DNA of 64,000 bases from an uncultured delta proteobacterium (lineage in GTDB: Bacteria > Desulfobacterota > Desulfobacteria > Desulfobacterales > JAFDCJ01), in NCBI GenBank assembly GCA_963769935.1, contig CAVYNY010000008.1, positions 64,001 through 128,000 on the forward strand. Direction: 5' to 3'. The position numbers were made by a program, and so were the translations under genes. Position 1 is the first letter of the stretch, and every line of letters begins with the position of its first letter. Below are positions 41,079-51,501 of this stretch, one piece after another. Under the pieces are notes generated by a model, which was given only the letters and a program-made list of their open reading frames with translations, ran no database searches and had not been told where the DNA came from.

Positions 41079-42893
41079 CTATCCACCGAATGCCGCTTCT
41101 GAAATTTCCATGGCCGCTCCATTACATTTGACGATGCCGTTCATTTTGCCGAGGGTTGTGGGAAGAATGGTGTGGATGAAAAATTCGGCGGTTTTGAGCT
41201 GGCCCTGGTAAAATTCGATATCCTTGTTTTTGGCCCCGGCCTCGATTTTTTGCTTTGCCAGAGCGGCCCGCCACAACAGCATCCAGGCCATGATGACATC
41301 GCCCATAACTTCCAGGAAAGGAAACGCGAAGGCAAAAGCCACTTTAAACTGGGATGACATGGCGGATTGGCCAAGGTGCATGGCAACCTCACCCAGACGG
41401 CCGACAACCCTTTCGACCTCGTCCGCAATTTCTTCCAATCCCTGGCTCTCCCGGGCCATGGCAATGGTTTTTTGAATTTCCCCCAGAAAACTCATGAAAA
41501 CGCGGCCCTTATCCATTCCCAGTTTACGCCCTAAAAGATCCATGGCCTGGATCCCGTCCGTACCCTCATATATCGAGGTAATCTTGCAATCCCTGACGAG
41601 CTGTTCGACCGGATATTCTTTGATGTAGCCGTATCCGCCGTAAACCTGGACGGCCTGGACGCAGACATCAAAACCGCGCTGGGCGCAATAAGCCTTCACC
41701 AGCGGCGTGAGCAAATCGGCAAATCCCGTATAATAGGCTTTTTCTTCTTCACTGCCGGCCAGGTCTTCCTTTTCGAGGCATTGGCCCACATAATAGACAA
41801 AACTGCGCATGCCGTCCACGAAAGCTTTCATTCCCAGCAGCATCCGACGTATATCCGGATGGCTGATGATAGCGACCTGGGGAGCGTTGGGATCCTTGCC
41901 CGCCGCGAGGTCCCGACCCTGAATACGCTCCCGGGCATAATTCAAGGCATATAAATAAGCCGTCGAAGCGTAATTGAACGCCTGAAAACCGACTCCCAGC
42001 CGGGCCTCATTCATCATGTAGAACATGATATTCATTCCCCGGCAAACTTCACCGAGCAGCCAACCGCGGCATTGCCCCTTGCCGCCCAAGGTTATACTGC
42101 AGGTGGAACTGGCATGGATACCCATCTTTTCCTCGATGCCCGTGCAAACCACATCGTTGGGTTGTCCCAGGCTGCCGTCCTCGTTGACCCAGATTTTGGG
42201 AACGATGAAGATGGAAATACCCTTGGTGCCCGACGGATCCCCTTCAATCCGTGCCAGAACCGGATGAATGATATTTTCCGTCAAATCATGTTCACCGTTG
42301 GTAATAAAGATTTTGTTGCCGGTGATGGAATAGGTGCCGTCGGCATTTTTGACTGCGCTGGTCGTCAGAGCGCCAACATCGGAGCCTGCCTGGGGCTCGG
42401 TCAGCAGCATGGTGCCGCCCCATTTACCGGTATAAAGCTTTTCAAGAAAAAGATCTTTTTGCCGGTCAGTGCCAAAAATCTCAATCATCTTTCCGGTGCC
42501 GTGCCCCATGCCGGCATAGTTGGTTACCGCCCAGTTGCCGCCGAACAGATATTCGCCCACCGCCAGGGAAATATTGACGGGAAGACCCTGCCCTCCCCAT
42601 GCGGGATCCTCCATCAGAGACGTCCATTCGCCTTCCAGAAGCAATTCAAATGCCCGATGAAAACACTCGGGGACCTTGACCTGACCATTTTCAAACTGCA
42701 GCCCGTCGCTGTCACCTTCAGCCGATGTCGGCAGCAGTTCCTTGACGGCAAAATTGCGGGCTTCAGTGATGATCATATCAAAAGTTTTTTTGTTGAAGTC
42801 TTTGTACTTATCGAGTTTCGTCAGCTCATCGACCTTTAACTGTTCGTAGAGCACAAAATCGATGTCCCGTCGATCGGCGATTACCTGAACCAT
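41079..42893 (-). CDS. Acyl-CoA dehydrogenase (long type)
   Basis: GTMLLTEPQAGSDVG, KIFITNGE, IYEGTDGIQ; close paralog of 916-2737. Confidence 0.95.
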   Translation of the reverse strand: MVQVIADRRDIDFVLYEQLKVDELTKLDKYKDFNKKTFDMIITEARNFAVKELLPTSAEGDSDGLQFENGQVKVPECFHRAFELLLEGEWTSLMEDPAWGGQGLPVNISLAVGEYLFGGNWAVTNYAGMGHGTGKMIEIFGTDRQKDLFLEKLYTGKWGGTMLLTEPQAGSDVGALTTSAVKNADGTYSITGNKIFITNGEHDLTENIIHPVLARIEGDPSGTKGISIFIVPKIWVNEDGSLGQPNDVVCTGIEEKMGIHASSTCSITLGGKGQCRGWLLGEVCRGMNIMFYMMNEARLGVGFQAFNYASTAYLYALNYARERIQGRDLAAGKDPNAPQVAIISHPDIRRMLLGMKAFVDGMRSFVYYVGQCLEKEDLAGSEEEKAYYTGFADLLTPLVKAYCAQRGFDVCVQAVQVYGGYGYIKEYPVEQLVRDCKITSIYEGTDGIQAMDLLGRKLGMDKGRVFMSFLGEIQKTIAMARESQGLEEIADEVERVVGRLGEVAMHLGQSAMSSQFKVAFAFAFPFLEVMGDVIMAWMLLWRAALAKQKIEAGAKNKDIEFYQGQLKTAEFFIHTILPTTLGKMNGIVKCNGAAMEISEAAFGG

Positions 42894-42985
42894 GGGTATT
42901 CTCCCTCCCCTTAGATTACTATCCTTTTCTCTCTAAAAATAGATAGCTGATGATGTGAAAAATATCTTCTAAGTGAATATCATGA

Positions 42986-43198
42986 AAATTCCAAGCACTA
43001 AAATCCAAATATCAAACAAATCCCAATGACACAAATTCAAAATTCCAAACAAAAACTTATTTTAAAGTTGTACCCAACGGTATCGTCACCGGTGTATCTA
43101 ATGCTGAGCGATGGGATCTTGCTTGGGTGTATGTTTAGGTCATTGACTATTGGAATTTGAGATTTTTTTGTGATTTGGTGCTTGAGATTTGAAATTTT
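42986..43198. repeat. Inverted heptamer arms (AAATTCC/AAATCCC family)
   Basis: aaattccaagcactaaaatccaaatatcaaac.. mirrored by ..gtgatttggtgcttgagatttgaaatttt. Confidence 0.75.
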
Positions 43199-43265
43199 AT
43201 CGTCTGGTCCTCGAATACAACGGACCGCGAACAACTCAATCGAGTTTATTGTTTCGAATAGCGGG

Positions 43266-44015
43266 TTATAAACCCAGGTAAGTCTTCCGTAAGACCTCAT
43301 CCTTCATCAACTCTTTGCCGGACCCCTCTGCAATGATTTTGCCGGAAGAAAGAACGTAGTTGCGGTCGGCCATGGCAAACACCGCGCTGACTTCCTGTTC
43401 GACAAGCAGCACGGTGATTCCCATCTTGCGAATCTCTTTGATCTTTTTAAAAACCTCATTCTTCATGATCGGCGCCAGGCCGGTAGACGGCTCATCGATA
43501 CACAGCAGTTTGGGGCTGGACATTAACGCCCTGCCGACGGCTAACATCTGCTGCTCGCCGCCCGACAAGGTGCCGGAAATTTGATTGGCCCTTTCTTTTA
43601 AGACGGGAAATAATTTATACACGTTGTCGAGGTTCTGCTGGGTTTCGTTTTTGTCTTTCTGCAAATAAGCGCCGGCATACAAATTTTCCTTGACCGACAT
43701 TTCTCGAAACGGTCTCCTGCGCTCCGGACAATGAATCAGACCTTTCTGGGTAATCTTATGGGCCGGCGTGCGCTCTATGCGCTCCCCTTCAAACATCACA
43801 GTGCCTTCCAATGTGATGTCGCCCCCACGGGTGCCGCGTTTAATGCCTTTCTCCCAGATCACCAGACCGGTGACGGCCCGCAGCAAGGTAGATTTTCCGG
43901 CCCCGTTGGGGCCCACCAGGGCGACGAGCTCCCCCGCTTTAACATGCATGCTGATATCATTGATAATCATGGCCTTATCATAACAGACCGTCAGGTTGGA
44001 TATTTGCAGCAGCAC
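43266..44015 (-). CDS. livF: Liv-type ABC transporter ATPase
   Basis: GPNGAGKS, LSGGEQQMLAVGRALM, DEPSTGLAP. Confidence 0.9.
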   Translation of the reverse strand: MLLQISNLTVCYDKAMIINDISMHVKAGELVALVGPNGAGKSTLLRAVTGLVIWEKGIKRGTRGGDITLEGTVMFEGERIERTPAHKITQKGLIHCPERRRPFREMSVKENLYAGAYLQKDKNETQQNLDNVYKLFPVLKERANQISGTLSGGEQQMLAVGRALMSSPKLLCIDEPSTGLAPIMKNEVFKKIKEIRKMGITVLLVEQEVSAVFAMADRNYVLSSGKIIAEGSGKELMKDEVLRKTYLGL

Positions 44016-44017
44016 GA

Positions 44018-44785
44018 TTATATGCCTCCTTCACCCAGATAGCACTCGATGACCTCCCTGTTCGTCACAACCTCAGCCGGCGGACAGTCCGCCACCAGAG
44101 TCCCATAGTTCAGGACAATGACGCGATCAACAATTTTCATCAGTTGCTGTAGCTTGTGTTCGATGATTATCATGGCGGGCCCTTCGCTGTGCAGTCTGCC
44201 GAAACGGCCGCCCTTGTGGAGGCGTTTGATCGACTTGGCCATCAAATCCGTTTCAGCCGGACTGAGTCCTCCGAAAGGTTCGTCCAGCAGCAGCAGTTCC
44301 GGTTCGGTGGCGATGGCGCGGGCCACCTCGAGCCGCTTGAGATCTCCCTGGGAGAGGGTCGACGCTTTTTCCAGGGCCATATCCGATATGCCGGCAAACT
44401 CAAGCGCATCCATGGCTTTGGCTTCGATGCGCTTGACCCATTCACCGCGTTTCATGGACCTGGGGCACAAACATGGCACCATGACGTTGGCAATGATCGG
44501 CAAGCGCCTGAAGGGCCGCATATTCTGAAATGTGCCGGCCACGCCGAGGTTGACAATATCCCAAATCTTCATCCGGGATATCGTTTGGCCTTTAAACCTG
44601 ACGTTGCCGGAATCCGGTTTTAAAATACCGGTGATCAACCGCAACAGCGTCGTTTTGCCGGCACCGTTGGGTCCGATCAAGCCGACGATTTCATTGCGGT
44701 TCATTTTAAACCTGACATCGCTGACAGCCCTCAATCCGCCAAAGCTCTTGGTAATCCCGTCGACTTCCAGAAAAGTCGCTGCCAT
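44018..44785 (-). CDS. livG: Liv-type ABC transporter ATPase
   Basis: KSFGGLRAV, GPNGAGKTT, LLLLDEP, V..YLG. Confidence 0.9.
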   Translation of the reverse strand: MAATFLEVDGITKSFGGLRAVSDVRFKMNRNEIVGLIGPNGAGKTTLLRLITGILKPDSGNVRFKGQTISRMKIWDIVNLGVAGTFQNMRPFRRLPIIANVMVPCLCPRSMKRGEWVKRIEAKAMDALEFAGISDMALEKASTLSQGDLKRLEVARAIATEPELLLLDEPFGGLSPAETDLMAKSIKRLHKGGRFGRLHSEGPAMIIIEHKLQQLMKIVDRVIVLNYGTLVADCPPAEVVTNREVIECYLGEGGI

Positions 44786-44786
44786 C

Positions 44787-46496
44787 TCAGCTTTCCTCCG
44801 CCTCTTCTCTCAACTCGCGCCTTGAGACCTTGCCGACGTCCGTTTTCGGCAGTTCTCCGCGAAACTCGACAATACCGGGAACCTTGTAATGAGCCAGATT
44901 CTGGCGGCAAAACGCGATGATTTCTTCTTCGGATATTTTGCCCCGGGCTTCGCTTTGCAATACGACATAGGCCTTAATGATGTTGCCTACTTTGGGATCC
45001 GGCACGCCCACCACGCCGGCCGCCTTGACCTGCGGGTGACTGTACAACACTTCCTCCACATGCCGGGCAAAAACCGAATACCCTTTGTGTTTGATTAAAT
45101 CCCGCTTGCGATCAAAAAAGTAAAAATACCCCTCCTCATCCATGCGGACAAGATCTCCGGTCCGCAGCCATTTTTGGCCGTCAATCTCGAGAAATGTCTC
45201 GGAATCCGCTTCCGGGCGTTTCCAGTAGCCCTGCATGATGTTCGCACCGGACAATATTAGCTCACCTTCTTCTCCCACCGGGACAAACTCGCTTTCATCG
45301 ACCCCGATGATGGCGGCCCCCATGTCTGGAATCGGGACGCCGAAGGAACCGGACTTGGGACGCTGATAAGGGCTGGAGTGGCTAACGCCGGTCGTTTCCG
45401 TCATGCCGAATCCCTCCAGTATAATAGTTCCCGTGCGGCGCTCCCAGCCCTCAATGGTGGATTCATGCAGGGTATCCGCCCCGCAAACGATGGCCTTCAG
45501 GCGTTTCCAGTTTACCCGGTCGGTTTTATCGTGCTCTTTCAAATATTCGTAAAGCGTAGGAACCCCGTAAAAGGCGGATGCCTGATAACGCTCGACGGCT
45601 GTCAGAATGTCAGCCAGATCCGGCGTGGTGAACAGCACAATCGTATGGCCTTGGGTCAAACCGCCCAGCATCAAAACCACTTGCCCGTAGATATGAAAAA
45701 ATGGCAAAAACGCGATGACCGTCTCATTGCCTTCTTCCATAAACGGCCAGAAGGACCGCAACTGCTGCTGCAAAGATACCATATTGTAGTGGGTCAGCAT
45801 GGCCGCTTTCGGCAGCCCGGTGGTTCCGCCGGTGTACGGCAGAGCGGCCAGATCCGTCTTTGGATCTATTTTGATGTCCGGCGGCTGCGGCGGATACTTT
45901 CTCAAAAGATTATTGAAACCATGCAGCCCGGCCTGCTTCACCATTTCCGCTGTGGGTGCGCTGTGTCCCTGATACGCTTTGCTCATGGCGGCCTTGCCGA
46001 ATAGCTTTTTCAGCTTGGGGAGAAATTCGCCGATATTCGACAGAATGACCGTGTCCAATTCTACGCCGGATCTTTCGACATTGTCGTACAGTATGTCTTC
46101 GCAAACAACCGTTTTGGCTTCGCTGTCGACCAGCTGATGTTTGACTTCCTTGCTTGTATAAACCGGGCTGATAGGCGTTATCTTGGCTCCCGCCTTTAAA
46201 GCCCCGAAATATGCGATCACGTACTGGGGACTATTCAATAGATACAGGGCTACCGTGTCGCCCTTCTTAACTCCGAGATCGACCAGCGCAGCGGCAAATC
46301 GGTTGGTTAGCTCCTTGAGCTCCCGGTAGCTGATTTTCTTGCCGTAAAAAATCAACGCGGTTTTGCTGCTGTACTTGTCGGCCATCTGCTCGAAGAGCGC
46401 CGGAACAGAAATTGCGGGGACCTCCACTTCCGCCGGAACGCCGTCCGGATAGTACTTCAACCACGGTTTGCTCAGATAATATTCTTTAGGATCCAT
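44787..46496 (-). CDS. Long-chain fatty acid--CoA ligase
   Basis: YTGGTTGLPK, EGFGMTE, TGD, PKTDVGKV. Confidence 0.95.
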   Translation of the reverse strand: MDPKEYYLSKPWLKYYPDGVPAEVEVPAISVPALFEQMADKYSSKTALIFYGKKISYRELKELTNRFAAALVDLGVKKGDTVALYLLNSPQYVIAYFGALKAGAKITPISPVYTSKEVKHQLVDSEAKTVVCEDILYDNVERSGVELDTVILSNIGEFLPKLKKLFGKAAMSKAYQGHSAPTAEMVKQAGLHGFNNLLRKYPPQPPDIKIDPKTDLAALPYTGGTTGLPKAAMLTHYNMVSLQQQLRSFWPFMEEGNETVIAFLPFFHIYGQVVLMLGGLTQGHTIVLFTTPDLADILTAVERYQASAFYGVPTLYEYLKEHDKTDRVNWKRLKAIVCGADTLHESTIEGWERRTGTIILEGFGMTETTGVSHSSPYQRPKSGSFGVPIPDMGAAIIGVDESEFVPVGEEGELILSGANIMQGYWKRPEADSETFLEIDGQKWLRTGDLVRMDEEGYFYFFDRKRDLIKHKGYSVFARHVEEVLYSHPQVKAAGVVGVPDPKVGNIIKAYVVLQSEARGKISEEEIIAFCRQNLAHYKVPGIVEFRGELPKTDVGKVSRRELREEAEES

Positions 46497-46657
46497 ATGG
46501 GTCGAATCTCCTCACTGGTGAACATATCCCTATTTATTTCCCTTTATCCTTTCACCTTTGACCTTTATCCTTTAACCTATTCTGCTATCAGCTGTGAGTC
46601 ATGAGCTATACCCTGTCAACTATGAACCATCAGCTATGTACAATGAACTGCTCTACT

Positions 46658-47698
46658 TCAATGCATCTCCGCAGCGCAAATCCGGCAGGTTTTGCGGGTG
46701 GCAACGTTGCGAACCTTGCACCGCGGGCAGACGTTTTCAATTTTGTCGCGCAGCCACGGCAGCAATCCCTCCGGCATGTACAAAAGGATCAGCAAAATAA
46801 CGAAAGCGAACATAAGCGTACGAAACTGCGGCCAAATGCGGAAGAACTCCAACAATGGAAATAAAATAAACACCGCCCCGACCGGTCCCCAGATGGTAAC
46901 TATCCCGCCGAAGACGGACCAGATCACCACCTGAAACGACATGGACACCTCCAGGGTTGACGGCCCCGCAATACGCATAAAATGGGCATAGAGCCCGCCG
47001 GCTATTCCGGCAAAAAACCCGCTGAGACAAAACGCCAGCAGTTTGTAGCGGGTCGTATTGATGCCGGCCGCCCGCACCGCAACTTCGTCTTCCCGGATGG
47101 AGTGAAAAATAATGCCGATATGAGAATCGGTTATTTTCCACATAACGGTCACCAGCACGAGCATGACCACGACGGTTATGTAGTAGGCGACCACCCGGGA
47201 GTGGACAAGGCGATCCAAACCGGAAATACCCAGTTCGCCGCCGGTTATCCCGGGGATCGCGAACACGATACCCAGCAAAATAATGGGAAATGCCAGGGTG
47301 GTTAATGAAAGGTAGGTGCCCCTTAATCTCAGGCAGGGTATGCCGATAATCAACCCCGCCAGTACGGCCCCCATGGCGCCCAGCGGGATACTGCCCCAGG
47401 GCGGCAGGTGCAGATGCTGGTTCAGCAATGCCGCACCGTAAGCGCCGACGCCGAAGAAAAGGGCATGACCGAAATTCATCTGACCGGTGAAGCCGGATAA
47501 GAGGTCCCAACTGGCCGCCAGAATGGCGAAGATGCTGGTCAAGATCAGGATTCGCAGAAAATACGGATCATCGGTTACGAGAGGCAGTACAAGCAACACT
47601 AAAATGAATAGGGCCACGAAGATTCTGCTCGGCAGAACCAGCACCTCGTTTTTTATAGTGGCAATCAAACTGCGGATGTAAAAACGAATCAGATCCAT
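46658..47698 (-). CDS. livM: Liv-type ABC permease (LivM) with a C-terminal CxxC-x10-CxxC tail
   Basis: GQMNFGHALFFGVGAY, LRLRG.Y, IREDE.A..A.GI, PEGL. Confidence 0.9.
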   Translation of the reverse strand: MDLIRFYIRSLIATIKNEVLVLPSRIFVALFILVLLVLPLVTDDPYFLRILILTSIFAILAASWDLLSGFTGQMNFGHALFFGVGAYGAALLNQHLHLPPWGSIPLGAMGAVLAGLIIGIPCLRLRGTYLSLTTLAFPIILLGIVFAIPGITGGELGISGLDRLVHSRVVAYYITVVVMLVLVTVMWKITDSHIGIIFHSIREDEVAVRAAGINTTRYKLLAFCLSGFFAGIAGGLYAHFMRIAGPSTLEVSMSFQVVIWSVFGGIVTIWGPVGAVFILFPLLEFFRIWPQFRTLMFAFVILLILLYMPEGLLPWLRDKIENVCPRCKVRNVATRKTCRICAAEMH

Positions 47699-47700
47699 AC

Positions 47701-48570
47701 TTATCTCTCTTCTTCAAATGCGATACCGAATAGGCCTTCCGGCCTGATCAACAACACCAAAATCATGATCGAAAGCGCCACCGAACCTTTCAAAAATGCC
47801 CCCATCGGCAAAATAAATACGACCAGTGCTTCAGCAAAGGCAAGGATATAAGCGGCAACAAAGCTGCCTTTGATGCTGCCCAGTCCGCCGAGCACCACCA
47901 CTGCCAACATCATTATCAAAGGCTGCAGCCACATGAAAGGCTCCACGATGGTCAGGGGTACGATGACGGCACCCGTGAAACCGGCCAGCGCGATCGAAAT
48001 GCCCACTGTCACCATTGCCACCCGGCTCTCATTCATGCCCATCAGGTTGGCAACTTCCCGGTCCTGGGCTGTAGCCCTGATGGCCAGACCCAGCCTGGTT
48101 TTCATCAATAACGCCCTCAGAAGGGCCAGTATCAGCAGGGCGGAGGCAACGGTAACCAGCTGCTGATAAAAGGCTTTGACGCCGAAAATCGTAAAATACC
48201 CGGGGACCAGGGGGGGAACGCTCAGGTAATCGCCGGAAAATATCAGCAGCATAACCTCCTGCAGCGCAATTGCCAGGGCAATGGTGGCAATCAGGACCGC
48301 CCCTTCGTGCTCGCGGATCGGATCAATGAATATTTTATAGGCAATCAGGCCTACCAGGGTTGCGACGACGACGCCACTCAACATGCCGATAACCGGATGC
48401 AAGCCTAATTTAACAGTCACGAAATAAATACAATAGGCGGCCACCATGTAAAATGCGGTATGAGCTATGTTGACGATCCGGGCAACACCAAATACAAGCG
48501 AAAATCCGATGGCCAGCAACGCATAGGTGCTGCCGTTGATCAGGGTGGTGATAAGGATGTCCAGTATCAT
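47701..48570 (-). CDS. livH: Liv-type ABC permease (LivH)
   Basis: YALLAIGFSLVFGV, GLAIRA, VVLGGLGS, RPEGLFG. Confidence 0.9.
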   Translation of the reverse strand: MILDILITTLINGSTYALLAIGFSLVFGVARIVNIAHTAFYMVAAYCIYFVTVKLGLHPVIGMLSGVVVATLVGLIAYKIFIDPIREHEGAVLIATIALAIALQEVMLLIFSGDYLSVPPLVPGYFTIFGVKAFYQQLVTVASALLILALLRALLMKTRLGLAIRATAQDREVANLMGMNESRVAMVTVGISIALAGFTGAVIVPLTIVEPFMWLQPLIMMLAVVVLGGLGSIKGSFVAAYILAFAEALVVFILPMGAFLKGSVALSIMILVLLIRPEGLFGIAFEEER

Positions 48571-48598
48571 ATACCCTCGCTGGTTCGACAAAAAACAG

Positions 48599-48650
48599 GG
48601 TTTTGGGTTTGGGGTCGAAGCCCGAAGGGCGTAGCCCCAAACCCAAAACC
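48599..48650. other. Strong intra-operon hairpin between the SBP gene and livH
   Basis: GGTTTTGGGTTTGGGG-N20-CCCCAAACCCAAAACC, with an inner GCCC-GAA-GGGC. Confidence 0.7.
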
Positions 48651-48656
48651 AATTTC

Positions 48657-49973
48657 CTATTTTTTATATTTTTCCACAATCCACGGCGCAATCTTGTAAG
48701 GTACGATTCCCTTGTACGTGACTTCAGGGGCCCCTGGGGCGGCCTTCCATTTATTCGGCCAGACACCTACCTGCTCGCCGTCCTGCCATTGGGTGCCCAG
48801 ACTGGTCAGATAGCCCGGACCCCACTTCAGATCATGCAGCGGCCGGCCCTGCTCGTCTTTGGTATATTCGACCGTCCCCGCCGGCGACTTAAACTTCCGC
48901 GTTTCCATAACCTTGATGAGTCGATCCGCATCAAGGGTCCCGGTCATTTCGATCACCGGCACAATATTGTAAATGATCATCGCATAAGTGTCCGCAGTAT
49001 AAGTCGGTGTCTCGCCAAATTTTTTAACATATGTTTCAACAAAGGGTTTTGTCAGGTCATTGACCTCGACATTTCGGTTATAGGTATTGTCCGTCATGAC
49101 ATAGTTGCCGAAGCCCTGGGTGGCCTGCCAGAAACCGTCCTTTTGCGCTTCGACATTGATACCGACCTGGGCGGCCGGAATTTTGAGTTCGCCGGCCTGC
49201 CGGGCGAAGGGAATACCGACCGAAGATGAAAAGAAGTCTAAAATGACATGGGTATCGGCCCGCTGAATGGCCGAAAGCTCGGCGGTCACATCCGTGGCTA
49301 CGGGGGACGGGCGCCAGACACCGGAAATTTCATAGCCCAGTTTAGGGACGAATCCCTGGGCGGCGGGAATCAAAGGGTCCGCCCACATGGCTTTTTCGGC
49401 CACCACGGCCACCCGCAGCTTGGGAATGTTCAAGGTGGCCTTCATGATGCCGGCCACCGTGGCCATTTGAATGAACGCCGTCTTAACCAGGTAGGTGGAA
49501 TTAAAGGGAGTTCCCCGGAAAAAGTATTTGTAGGTATCATAATCTTTGGCGACCCTCAGGCACAGTTCGGGAGAGGCCGCGCCGCAATCGATAAATATTT
49601 TTTTGTAGTCCATGGCGATATCCTGCATCGCCAGAACCGCCTCACTCCTGAAACCGCCCACCACAAAATCAACCTTTTCCCTAGTCATCAACAGTTCCAT
49701 GGCATTGGTCGCATCGGTGATGCTTAGGAATTCATTGGAGTCGGCTTTCACCACCTCGATTTTCATTTTTTTGTCGCCGACCTTGACGCCGCCTCTGGCA
49801 TTGATCTCCTCGGCTGCCATGACGGCGCCGTTCCATTGGCCTTTGCCCTGTAAGAACTGCATGGGTCCGATGACACCGATTTTAATCGTTTTCGCTCCCA
49901 AGGCCGGAAAGCAGACGGCCATGATTAGAAAACACGATAGGATAATAATCCAAAATGATTTAAAGTATTTCAT
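48657..49973 (-). CDS. Liv-type ABC substrate-binding protein
   Basis: Signal peptide, IKIGVIGP, AAEEINARGG. Confidence 0.92.
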   Translation of the reverse strand: MKYFKSFWIIILSCFLIMAVCFPALGAKTIKIGVIGPMQFLQGKGQWNGAVMAAEEINARGGVKVGDKKMKIEVVKADSNEFLSITDATNAMELLMTREKVDFVVGGFRSEAVLAMQDIAMDYKKIFIDCGAASPELCLRVAKDYDTYKYFFRGTPFNSTYLVKTAFIQMATVAGIMKATLNIPKLRVAVVAEKAMWADPLIPAAQGFVPKLGYEISGVWRPSPVATDVTAELSAIQRADTHVILDFFSSSVGIPFARQAGELKIPAAQVGINVEAQKDGFWQATQGFGNYVMTDNTYNRNVEVNDLTKPFVETYVKKFGETPTYTADTYAMIIYNIVPVIEMTGTLDADRLIKVMETRKFKSPAGTVEYTKDEQGRPLHDLKWGPGYLTSLGTQWQDGEQVGVWPNKWKAAPGAPEVTYKGIVPYKIAPWIVEKYKK

Positions 49974-50366
49974 GACAGCCCTCCTTTTGGTTTAGGTTTG
50001 CAATAAAGTCACCATTTAGATAAGTGAATTCCTCAAGGGTTAATATTACATTATTGGCTGCAAAATGAAGCATTATCATTTGTTCCTCAGGGTGGATGGC
50101 GGGTGAGATAAAAATTATTTCGCAAAAGGGTTGATTCTATACCGTATCGTCATAGTCTAACCGTTCAAATAATGTCAAGTGGAAATTTTATTTTTTTTTA
50201 TTGACAAATATATCTAATATTATAAGTCCTGTTTGTGTGCAACGAGATACACGCTTTTCATGTAATTGATTGCACGCCCAGGAGGATAAATTTTTGCCGA
50301 TCTATAGTTCGAAAGACGGCAACCCAGTTCAATTAACTTGGGAGTAATGGAGTAGTGAAGTAAAAA

Positions 50367-50544
50367 GGTTTCAGGTGTCAGGAACTGAATGTCAAAAGAA
50401 AGAAAAAAGATCGCTATCCATGCGTGCCACCTTCTGAATTTTTAGATCCGTTCTGTAAACCAGGTTTGGGATTTCGAATTTTGTTCATTGTGATTTGTTT
50501 GGAATTTGTTGTTTGATATTTTCTAACTGCTGACACCTGAAACC
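50367..50544. repeat. MITE-like unit with 14-15-bp inverted ends GGTTTCAGGTGTCAG, enclosing a heptamer tract
   Basis: ggtttcaggtgtcag ... ctgacacctgaaacc. Confidence 0.7.
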
Positions 50545-50604
50545 ATAATTTTCTGACAACCTGTTGCCTAGTACAGAAGGTCTATCGGCCTAGGAGGAGA
50601 TACG

Positions 50605-51474
50605 ATGGAAAATGTCATGGTGGTCGGCGCGGGTTTCATGGGTTCCGGTATCGCCCAGGTGTGTGCCCAAAAAGGATTCAAGGTTTATCTGATGGATGTG
50701 AATGAGAATGCACTTGACAAAGCGCTCAGCGCAATCGAGTGGTCCCTGGAGAAATTCTCAGCAAAAGGATTTTTAACAGAACCGCCGACCACGATATTGG
50801 AAAGAATTGCGCCTGTGAATGGTTTGCGCCGGGCTGCCGATGTCGATTGGGTCATCGAAGCGGCCTTTGAAGAGCTGGACCTGAAGAAAAAAATATTCAG
50901 GGAACTCGACAGCCTGGCGCCTGCAGAAACGATCCTGGCCAGCAACACCTCTTCCATTCCGGTTAGCCGCCTAGCCGAAGTAACCCATACCCCGGAAAGA
51001 GTTCTGGGACTTCACTTTTTCGGACCGGTGCCCTTCATGGGTTTAGTGGAGGTGGTCAAAGGAGGAAAAACATCTGAGAAAACCTTTAACCGCGGGGTTG
51101 AATTCGTCAAATCCCTCGGCAAAACACCGGTCAGGGTTCATAAAGATATTCCCGGATTTGTGATGAACCGGATATTTGGAGCTGCATTTCGCGAGTGTGT
51201 GGATCTGGTTGCCGAGGGAGTCACCAGCCCGGAGGACATTGACACCGGCATGCGGCTGGGATACGGCTGGAATATCGGACCATTTGAGATTGCCGACAAT
51301 GCCGGCTTGGACACTTTCGTACGGGTCGGCAAGACCATGCAGGCACTGGGTGAAGATCACCTGGTGGCAAAGTCCGACCTCATGCTGAAGATGGTCGAGC
51401 AGGGCCGGCTGGGCAGAAAGGTGGGCTTTGGATTTTACAGATACGGAAAGGATGGGAAAAAGGTAAGAAGGTGA
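50605..51474 (+). CDS. 3-hydroxyacyl-CoA dehydrogenase
   Basis: GAGFMG, SNTSS, HFFGPVP, PGFVMNR, LGRKVG.GFY. Confidence 0.94.
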   Translation: MENVMVVGAGFMGSGIAQVCAQKGFKVYLMDVNENALDKALSAIEWSLEKFSAKGFLTEPPTTILERIAPVNGLRRAADVDWVIEAAFEELDLKKKIFRELDSLAPAETILASNTSSIPVSRLAEVTHTPERVLGLHFFGPVPFMGLVEVVKGGKTSEKTFNRGVEFVKSLGKTPVRVHKDIPGFVMNRIFGAAFRECVDLVAEGVTSPEDIDTGMRLGYGWNIGPFEIADNAGLDTFVRVGKTMQALGEDHLVAKSDLMLKMVEQGRLGRKVGFGFYRYGKDGKKVRR

Positions 51475-51501
51475 GAAGCAGGGAGGCGAAAGGAAGATAA
51501 A

